From the NCBI RefSeq assembly GCF_963678545.2, contig NZ_OY782867.2, positions 2,368,913 through 2,408,912 on the forward strand: a stretch of 40,000 nt of DNA, read 5' to 3'. Source of the DNA: an uncultured Methanomethylovorans sp. (lineage in GTDB: Archaea > Halobacteriota > Methanosarcinia > Methanosarcinales > Methanosarcinaceae). The position numbers and the translations under genes were made by a program. Of this stretch, positions 18,417-25,676 are shown piece after piece. The notes below the pieces were generated by a model. It worked only from the letters and a program-made list of their open reading frames with translations, was not told the origin of the DNA and did no database searches. Each line of letters starts with the position of its first letter. The stretch's first letter is position 1.

Positions 18417-19054
18417 GCAGACCTGTTTTCTCCAAAGACCACCGAACTTATGGTGAATGGCTCAAAGCTCAACCCAGGGATAGCAGATATGCAAAAGAGA
18501 TCATCAAGAAACATAACCTGTTTCCAGATAAGAGCCTGAATCAGCTTAGAAACCTCAGAATAGCTGATTATGATAACAGTAAGATGGCCTGGAAAAGCCT
18601 TACCTCTCAACAGAAAAGTGATAGGAAACGATCACTTGAAATTCTGAGAAATATGAGAAAGGGAGGAAATCTTACTGAGATAACTGAAAAATTAGGAGTA
18701 AACAGACAATTTGCACTCAAAAACCTGGGGAACTATCTCTACAAGGATAAAGGCAAATGGACTGTTACAGCTACAGATAAGATTGAAACTCAGATGCTAT
18801 TCTATAGCAGGGATAAAGGCCACATATCCATAGTGACTGCAAGCTCAAAAGACAGGTCATTGATCGGAAAATACATGGCTTATGTGAACAAAGCCCTGAA
18901 ACACAATGATCCTTCTGTACTTGATGAGTTCAGGAATCTCAAAATAATAGATGCTGAAGGAAAAGAGCATCATTTTGAAACCGATCTTGATAAACTGTAT
19001 GAGATAGAGGAAGCGCAGGAAGAACCAGAGTTCTTGGAGATATACCAGAGTTAA
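18413..19054 (+). CDS. Casposon-associated basic protein with a putative central HTH
   Basis: 213 aa. The segment ...RKRSLEILRNMRKGGNLTEITEKLGVNRQFALKNLG... is HTH-like. It lies in an operon with the HNH and polB genes. Confidence 0.5.
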   Translation: MSRPVFSKDHRTYGEWLKAQPRDSRYAKEIIKKHNLFPDKSLNQLRNLRIADYDNSKMAWKSLTSQQKSDRKRSLEILRNMRKGGNLTEITEKLGVNRQFALKNLGNYLYKDKGKWTVTATDKIETQMLFYSRDKGHISIVTASSKDRSLIGKYMAYVNKALKHNDPSVLDEFRNLKIIDAEGKEHHFETDLDKLYEIEEAQEEPEFLEIYQS

Positions 19055-19066
19055 GGAGTTGATGCT

Positions 19067-19396
19067 ATGGACAAAAACGAATATCAAAAAAGTATCAAGA
19101 AACAGCAGAGAGAAGGAAAAACAACTATTTGTTGTTCAACATGTGGAGTAACAGATTCTTCAATTATTGAAATGCATCATATCTTTGGTCGGAACAATTC
19201 TGAGAAAACAGTTCCTTTATGCAAGAATTGTCATGCTAAAATTACATATCAACAGAATAAGCTTGCACCCAAAATAAGATCTGTTAATGCATCCAGTGAG
19301 GAAAAGAGAAGATTCCTGTTTGTTTCTATGGGCGGCATTTTAAGGGTTATTTCAGACCAACTGCTTACATTTGGTTTTGAAGGTGATTTTTCATGA
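19067..19396 (+). CDS. HNH endonuclease
   Basis: CCSTCGV...EMHHIFGRNN...PLCKNCHAKI shows the CxxC...HH...N...CxxCH zinc-finger HNH signature. Its stop overlaps the polB start (ATGA). Confidence 0.8.
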   Translation: MDKNEYQKSIKKQQREGKTTICCSTCGVTDSSIIEMHHIFGRNNSEKTVPLCKNCHAKITYQQNKLAPKIRSVNASSEEKRRFLFVSMGGILRVISDQLLTFGFEGDFS

Positions 19397-22059
19397 GTAA
19401 GATTGCTGTTAGAGGATATACTCAGAAGGTAACGGGGCCTTCTATTAAGGCCCCTTTTAAGGCCCTAAAACACCCTTTAAGGTTTAGCAGGGTATTAGTT
19501 TTTGATACTGAAACCACCATTAATCATTATCAGAATCTTAAAATAGGGTACTTTAAGATTTATCAAAAAGGGTATATTCAGCATGAGGGTTTAGTTTATA
19601 CCCCTAATACCTTAACAGAAAAGGAAATTAAGGCCCTTCAGGATTATTCAAATAAGACTAATATTGCCCTTTATACTCATGATGAGTTCATTGATGATGT
19701 ATTTTATCCTGAAGTGTTTAAACTAAAAACCCTTTGTATAGGGTTTAATCTTCCCTTTGACATCAGCAGGATAGCAAAGGATACAGGAATATCCAGAGGC
19801 AAGAATAAAGGAGGGTTTACTTTTACCCTTTCAGAAAACAGGTTTAACCCTCCTGTTATTGTAAAAAAGCTAGGTAATGCTTACAGTTTCAAGTTTACCA
19901 CTACTAAAGAGAATAAAGGAAAAGAGTATTTCCAAGGGTATTTCCTTGATGCTCAAACTTTAGCTAAAGTGCTCTTACAATCAAACCATATTTCACTTGC
20001 AAAAGCAGGAGAGAAGCTCAATACTAAAAACAGAAAAATGAAAGATATAGAACATGGAAGGGTAACTAAGAGGTATATTGATTACTTGATCCAGGATGTA
20101 GCCACTACTTACGAAGTGTATCAGAAGTTAATCGAAGAGCTTGATTTATATCAAATAGATATCTCACCAACACAAATATACAGCGCCGCTTCACTTGGAA
20201 AACATACTTTAAAGCAATTAGGAATCAAGCCATTCAAAGAGCAAGTACCTGAGTTTCCCGATTCCTTGATCGGCAACATTATGACTGCTTATTATGGTGG
20301 TAGGTGTGAATGTAAAATTAGGAAAGTTCCAACAAAAGTTACTACTCTTGATTTTATCAGTATGTATCCTACTGTTACCATGCTACTTGATTTTTGGAAA
20401 TTTATTATTGCAGAGGATATTGAAACAAAAGAAGTAACTGAAGAAATTAAGGTTCTGCTAAATAACATAAACCTATCTTATCTGCAAAATAAGGACAACT
20501 GGAAAGACTTTATTGTTATGGTTAAGCTAAGACCTGATGAGGATATTTTACCCACCAGGATGAATTACAAAGGTGATGGATCGGCTTTCAATGTGGGTAT
20601 TAATTACCTTACCTCAAACAGTGAATTGTGGTATTCATTACCTGATGTTATAGCTTCAGTTATCTTAAATGGAAAAGTACCTGAGATTGTAGAAGCTGTA
20701 AGATTTATTCCTATAGGTATTCAGAAAGGATTAAGGAAAACTAAGGTTTTAGGAATTGATATTGATCCATCAAAGGATAATTTAATTCAGCTCTTAGTTG
20801 AGGAAAGGCAGAAGATAAAGCAAGGTTTGAAAAGCAAAAGCAGAGACGATCCAGAATATCAGCATTTACAAAGCAGAGCACAGGCTATAAAAATCCTGGT
20901 AAATGCTACCAGTTACGGAATATTCATTGAACTTATCCCAGAAGATAAGACCAGTGATATACAAGTTTTTGGCCTTGATTCTTTCAATACTTCAGAGAAC
21001 AGGTTTGAGAAACCAGGAAATTATTATCATCCTCTGCTTGCTGTAATGATAACAGCAGCTTCCAGGCTGTTCCTTGCTATGGCTGAAGCCAAATTAAAAG
21101 AACTGGGTGGGATTCATGCTTACATGGATACAGATAGTATCTTTGTTCCTCCTAAACATGCTCAGGATATAATAGATTATTTCCAACCCCTTAACCCCTA
21201 TAGCCTTGATATTCCATTACTCAAAGCTGAAAAAGTGGATGTGTGGTTTTATGGTATAGCCTCAAAACGCTATGCTCTGTATAATCTTAAGGATAATAAA
21301 ATTGAGTTTATGGAAGATGAGAGATCTTTCAAACTGCATGGATTAGGCCATCTTACAAATCCATTCCCAAAGGATATAGAAGATTGGCAGGCTCAGATAT
21401 GGGAAGATATACTAAGTTTACACTATGGGTACATTACAGAACTTGATATTGAAGATAAGTATTCTAATCTATATGCAATTTCAAGACTAACTGTTTCAAC
21501 CTCTAATGTATTAAGCAGATTCAAAAAGGTTAATCAGGGAAAAACCTGGGATCAGCAAATCAAACCATTCAACTTTTTCTTAGTAGGATTCCAGAGCATA
21601 GAAGAGAATGATAAGGCTGTAAAACCCTTATTACCTCACTCCAATAACCCTCAGAGTGTTGTTTATGAGCCTTTCATTGATTATGAAACAGGAGAGATAA
21701 AGCAAGGATCACATTACTTTAAACCATTAAGTAAGACCATTATGCAATATGTGGATCATCCAGAAAGCAAGTTTGATGGTGATATAGGTATTCTGGAAAG
21801 AAAGCATGTGTATGTTGATGGTGTAATCTACATAGGAAAGGAAGCAAATAATATTGATGAACAAGCTCTTGATGTTAAGAAGGCTCAGGAGTTTGTGAAT
21901 AAAGAAGATATCATGCAGGTGGTACTTGCTATACCACAAAAAGAAGCTGAAGCAAGAGGAGTTTCAAGGAGTGTGTTTCAGGGAATTAAGAAGAGGATAA
22001 GGGAAAGTGGGGATGTGAATTTGGATACTCCTGGGGTGAGGAGATTGATAAATAAGTAA
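19393..22059 (+). CDS. polB: Family-B DNA polymerase (casposon PolB)
   Basis: Motifs seen: Exo I VFDTETT, Exo II GFNLPFDISRI, Exo III YLIQDVATTYEVY, motif A TLDFISMYPT, motif B KILVNATSYGIF, motif C YMDTDSIF, and KRYALY. Confidence 0.95.
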   Translation: MSKIAVRGYTQKVTGPSIKAPFKALKHPLRFSRVLVFDTETTINHYQNLKIGYFKIYQKGYIQHEGLVYTPNTLTEKEIKALQDYSNKTNIALYTHDEFIDDVFYPEVFKLKTLCIGFNLPFDISRIAKDTGISRGKNKGGFTFTLSENRFNPPVIVKKLGNAYSFKFTTTKENKGKEYFQGYFLDAQTLAKVLLQSNHISLAKAGEKLNTKNRKMKDIEHGRVTKRYIDYLIQDVATTYEVYQKLIEELDLYQIDISPTQIYSAASLGKHTLKQLGIKPFKEQVPEFPDSLIGNIMTAYYGGRCECKIRKVPTKVTTLDFISMYPTVTMLLDFWKFIIAEDIETKEVTEEIKVLLNNINLSYLQNKDNWKDFIVMVKLRPDEDILPTRMNYKGDGSAFNVGINYLTSNSELWYSLPDVIASVILNGKVPEIVEAVRFIPIGIQKGLRKTKVLGIDIDPSKDNLIQLLVEERQKIKQGLKSKSRDDPEYQHLQSRAQAIKILVNATSYGIFIELIPEDKTSDIQVFGLDSFNTSENRFEKPGNYYHPLLAVMITAASRLFLAMAEAKLKELGGIHAYMDTDSIFVPPKHAQDIIDYFQPLNPYSLDIPLLKAEKVDVWFYGIASKRYALYNLKDNKIEFMEDERSFKLHGLGHLTNPFPKDIEDWQAQIWEDILSLHYGYITELDIEDKYSNLYAISRLTVSTSNVLSRFKKVNQGKTWDQQIKPFNFFLVGFQSIEENDKAVKPLLPHSNNPQSVVYEPFIDYETGEIKQGSHYFKPLSKTIMQYVDHPESKFDGDIGILERKHVYVDGVIYIGKEANNIDEQALDVKKAQEFVNKEDIMQVVLAIPQKEAEARGVSRSVFQGIKKRIRESGDVNLDTPGVRRLINK

Positions 22060-22186
22060 CATAAAAAAAGCCTTCTCTTTGAATGCTTATCTTAAATAAA
22101 CTCAATCTTTTACAACAATATTGATACTAACTATTATATATTATAAAACTTCTACTAATTATACAACTTAATAATGTGGGATTATT

Positions 22187-23584
22187 ATGAGTACTACTGA
22201 AATTATTCCTTCAGGCCAGAATAAAATAGGTGCAGATGTTGATGGTTTTTCAAAATCACTGGAATCTTACCTAAAGTCTCTTGGTTTACCTGCAAAAAAT
22301 GTGCTTGTAGAAATAAAGGAACGACAGATAGTTATTGCAAATATGCCTTTCATTATTGAATCTTTAGACCCTTCAATTATGGAAGAAGCCTATTATATTT
22401 CAAAATTCATTGCATCATGTGGTGTAGGCTTATTTGATGCTGCTTTGAATTATCTTTGGAATGAAACAATTGTAAATTTAAGACAAAAAATAGTTCTTTT
22501 TGATTTAGATTACTTTTTTAATGTTTTAAACAAGGAAACCTACAATAGTGAAGAAGACTTACAGAAAATTGAAGATTGGGAGTTAATAAAAGGCTGCCTT
22601 AAAGTAGGCATACTTTCTGATATTGGGTTCAAACATTTAGATTACATAAGAGATATGAGGAATTTTGCAAGTGCAGCCCATCCAAATAACACTGAATTGA
22701 CAGGCTTAATGTTGGCTAATTGGTTACAAACCTGTATCAATGAAGTACTTTCAAAGGAACCGTCTAGTTCCGCTCTACAAATTAAAAAATTATTACCTAG
22801 TGTTAGACAAGAAACATTGACAGAATCAGATTCCAGGCCGATTATTTCAAATATTGAACGTCTACCACAAGATCTTGCAAATTCGTTATTGCTTGCATTA
22901 TTTGGAATGTATACAAATGAAGACATCTTACCCGTTGTCAGAAATAATATACAATATCTTGCAAAAGCGACTTGGTTGAAATCCGATACAAAAACAAAAA
23001 AAGCTATAGGACTAAGATATTCTAATTTTTCTGCAAATGCACAAGTTGTGAGAAAAAAGTTTGCAAGAGATTTTTTAATTCTTGTTGAGGGATTAGCTTA
23101 TTTGACAGAAGATCAAAGAAGCATAGAATTAAGAGAATGTTTAGAAGCACTTATTAATGCACATTATGGACATAATAATTTCTATAACGAAGAACCACAT
23201 GCGAAAATAATCTATAACTATATACGTGACAATTATAATATACCCGAAAATGTCCGACCATTATATGTATCATCCATTTTAACTTGCAAATTAGGTAATT
23301 CGTATGGACCTTCATATTCTGCTGAACCTTATTATGATCAAATGATTGATAGGTTTGATGAGACCGAAATTAGGGAATTATTAAGGCTATTAAAAGACAA
23401 AGAATTTACTGTTATATTCCAAGATAACTCAAGAGCATTTAGATTTAAAAATGTAGTCTCTAAATTAGCAGATAATTTGTCCAATGCTATATTGAAACAA
23501 GCACTTGAAAAATTAAAGGAAAGCTCAAATACTGAGTTACAAAATGGACGAGCATATCTTAATATAAAGAATTTGATTGAATAA
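22187..23584 (+). CDS. Hypothetical 465-aa protein with a HEPN-like Rx6H motif (right-arm cargo of the casposon)
   Basis: ...LIKGCLKVGILSDIGFKHLDYIRDMRNFASAAHPNNTEL... contains R158-N-x5-H165 at nt 22658-22681. It sits between polB and the right TIR, the same position as the unrelated cargo of the decayed copy. Confidence 0.5.
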   Translation: MSTTEIIPSGQNKIGADVDGFSKSLESYLKSLGLPAKNVLVEIKERQIVIANMPFIIESLDPSIMEEAYYISKFIASCGVGLFDAALNYLWNETIVNLRQKIVLFDLDYFFNVLNKETYNSEEDLQKIEDWELIKGCLKVGILSDIGFKHLDYIRDMRNFASAAHPNNTELTGLMLANWLQTCINEVLSKEPSSSALQIKKLLPSVRQETLTESDSRPIISNIERLPQDLANSLLLALFGMYTNEDILPVVRNNIQYLAKATWLKSDTKTKKAIGLRYSNFSANAQVVRKKFARDFLILVEGLAYLTEDQRSIELRECLEALINAHYGHNNFYNEEPHAKIIYNYIRDNYNIPENVRPLYVSSILTCKLGNSYGPSYSAEPYYDQMIDRFDETEIRELLRLLKDKEFTVIFQDNSRAFRFKNVVSKLADNLSNAILKQALEKLKESSNTELQNGRAYLNIKNLIE

Positions 23585-23776
23585 TACGTCTTTATCTTGA
23601 GGACTGTATTATTCTTTATATTTTTTCATTTCTTCGATTTGTCGTATAATCAAAAATTTGTTATGGAAAGATGAAATGTTTAAAAATGGTGACTAATATA
23701 AATAAATAGCATAAGTTATGTTTTTCGTTTTTCTATTTGAGAGTAAAGGTAACAAAACATAGAATTAAAAAAGTTT

Positions 23777-23809
23777 AACAGTTCTGTTTTTTCTCGTTAA
23801 CTATATCCC
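23777..23809. repeat. Right TIR of the intact casposon
   Basis: The reverse complement gggatatagttaacgagaaaaaacagaactgtt matches the left TIR at 28 of 33 positions. Confidence 0.9.
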
Positions 23810-23823
23810 TTAAAATTTATGCG
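23810..23823. repeat. Target-site duplication copy overlapping the tRNA-Leu 3' end
   Basis: ttaaaatttatgcg is identical to 13879-13892. Its last 4 nt are the final acceptor-stem bases plus the discriminator of the tRNA. Confidence 0.9.
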
Positions 23824-23903
23824 AGGGGTGGGATTTGAACCCACGAAATCCTTCGATACCAGATCTTAAGTCTGGCGCCTTTGACCAGCTGGGCAACCCT
23901 CGC
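23820..23903 (-). tRNA. tRNA-Leu(UAA): tRNA-Leu, anticodon UAA (class II, long variable arm)
   Basis: The minus strand reads GCGAGGG-TT-GCC-CAGCTGGTCAAA-GGC-G-CCAGA-CTTAAGA-TCTGG-TATCGAAGGATTTC-GTGGG-TTCAAAT-CCCAC-CCCTCGC-A. The cloverleaf is complete, the T-loop is canonical, and no CCA is encoded. Confidence 0.9.
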
Positions 23904-23988
23904 ATGAAGAATAGTTGTTGTGGATTTATCCCAGTATGGACCTACCCCATAATTAAAGTTAAGTTACTTAAGCCTTATTCTTCTATCT

Positions 23989-24747
23989 ATGAAGATCACG
24001 TTCTTAGGCACAGGGACAGGCATCCCACAGGCAAGGGCACAGTCCGGGCTTATCATGGAAGTAATGGTTGGCGGGAAGAAAAAACCACTGCTCTTTGACT
24101 GCGGATGCGGTATACTGCAACGGATTTACGAAAGCGGATATGACCACCGGGATATAGACACTATCTTCCTGACACATCTGCACCTGGATCATGTCTCCGA
24201 TCTTCTAGGGCTTATCAAGGCCAACTGGCTCGTAGGGCTCACGCAGGTGCACATCTACGGTCCTGTTGGGACAGTGGAATGGTTCAGCAAGCTCATGGCA
24301 CTTTACCCATACCTTCAGGGCAAGCTTCAGGTAGAGATCACCGAACTTTCAGGGAGCGATGTTGTAAATGTGGCAGACTGCACCATACGCACCGCACACG
24401 GGTGCCATAGTGTGACAACAATTGGTTACAGAGTAGAACACGCTGACAGGATCGCCGTGTACACTGGCGACACAGAACCCTGTGACAGCCTTACCCAGCT
24501 TGCTCAGGGAGCGCATGTCCTGGTATACGAATGCTCCTTCCCCCTGGGATTTGAAGTAGACAACCACACCACCCCGGATATGCTCACAGCCCACATCTCA
24601 AAACACCCCCTGAATGTGGACAGGCTTTATCTGACACATCTATACCCGCACATGCAGGGACATGAGCAGGAAGCAATAGATCACATACGCACTGTCTTCC
24701 CCGCAGAAGTGCACATCGCAGAAGACCTTATGCAGGTCGACGCATGA
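23989..24747 (+). CDS. MBL-fold metallo-hydrolase (RNase Z/ElaC-like small form)
   Basis: It begins MKITFLGTGTG.P and has the HxHxDH motif LTHLHLDHVSDL, with downstream D/H metal ligands. Confidence 0.8.
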   Translation: MKITFLGTGTGIPQARAQSGLIMEVMVGGKKKPLLFDCGCGILQRIYESGYDHRDIDTIFLTHLHLDHVSDLLGLIKANWLVGLTQVHIYGPVGTVEWFSKLMALYPYLQGKLQVEITELSGSDVVNVADCTIRTAHGCHSVTTIGYRVEHADRIAVYTGDTEPCDSLTQLAQGAHVLVYECSFPLGFEVDNHTTPDMLTAHISKHPLNVDRLYLTHLYPHMQGHEQEAIDHIRTVFPAEVHIAEDLMQVDA

Positions 24748-24859
24748 GTGTTGTAACTAAACTATATTACAGGCTGAATATAAATGCTAAATGAACACTA
24801 ATTAAAGAAAGAAAAATGGCAAATAAATATTAATAATAGGTAATCAAAAATGATTACCT

Positions 24860-25402
24860 TCATTCTTCTGCTGCAAGCAGGTCTACAATTGCATGTCCGA
24901 ACTTTTCGGCAGCCTTCGGGTCTCTTGCGGTAACAATGTTCCCGTCCACCACTATATCCTTATCCATGTAAAGGCCACCATACTTCTCGATCTCTGCAAT
25001 GCATTCCTTATCCTTGAAAACCGTACAATCCCTGTCTTCCAGGACCTTCGCCCTTGCAAGTACCACAGGTGACACGCATATAGCGGCTAGTACCTTATCC
25101 TGATCGAAAGCATCCTTTACAAGCCTTTGTAAATCTTTGCTAGGCCAGAGGTGTTCCCTTGAACCGCCGCCACCTGCAATGACGAGCCCGTCAAATTCAG
25201 CCATGATGGCATCTTTTATGGTGATATCTGGTTTAATTTTGCCTCCAAGCGCGCCGTGAGCCTCCTTTGTGCTGTTGCTGGCAACCGTAATACTCACCCC
25301 TGCGTCTTCCAGGACATCTCTTGGTTCAAAGTACTCTTCATCTCTGAAGTTATCCTGGGCAACTACCATCAGTATTTTTTTATCTTCAAGTTCTGAACTC
25401 AT
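24860..25402 (-). CDS. DJ-1/PfpI-family protein (class I glutamine amidotransferase-like)
   Basis: 180 aa with the nucleophile elbow LAAICVSPVVLA and GLVIAGGGG, the typical PfpI/DJ-1 layout. Confidence 0.85.
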   Translation of the reverse strand: MSSELEDKKILMVVAQDNFRDEEYFEPRDVLEDAGVSITVASNSTKEAHGALGGKIKPDITIKDAIMAEFDGLVIAGGGGSREHLWPSKDLQRLVKDAFDQDKVLAAICVSPVVLARAKVLEDRDCTVFKDKECIAEIEKYGGLYMDKDIVVDGNIVTARDPKAAEKFGHAIVDLLAAEE

Positions 25403-25676
25403 ATGATCACTGTTATGAAGTTTTAATGTTGTGCAAATCTGTTATCTGCATGCTGTACCATGGACGGATAAGTATACGCCACAGTCAAATGTATGCGTCC
25501 ATCTCGTCCTCACACGCAGACATGCAGGTAAATATTAGTATTAAACACTAGCATCATCAGTACCTGCACATAAGGCATGTATTATGTCCCTAAAACCCTA
25601 TGTTCAAATTAAGGAATAAATATTTATCGCAGGGAGCCAGCCTATTATAGACTAAGAATAGTGGAGGGGGAATTTC

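Larger units (their letters stand above)
13893..23809 (+). mobile_element. Complete casposon (family-2-like: Cas1 casposase + PolB + HNH + HTH/RHH), 9917 bp including a nested 1-kb IS
   Basis: The TIRs at 13893-13925 and 23777-23809 match at 28 of 33 positions. A perfect 14-bp TSD flanks both ends. The element is inserted at the 3' end of tRNA-Leu(UAA). Its gene set is cas1, an RHH protein, an HTH protein, an HNH nuclease and polB. Confidence 0.9.

Noticed and set aside
23835-24098. Tracked 87-aa ORF overlapping the tRNA-Leu gene and the start of the MBL hydrolase gene.
   Set aside because: It runs antisense through a canonical tRNA and out of frame into a well-supported CDS, so it is spurious.
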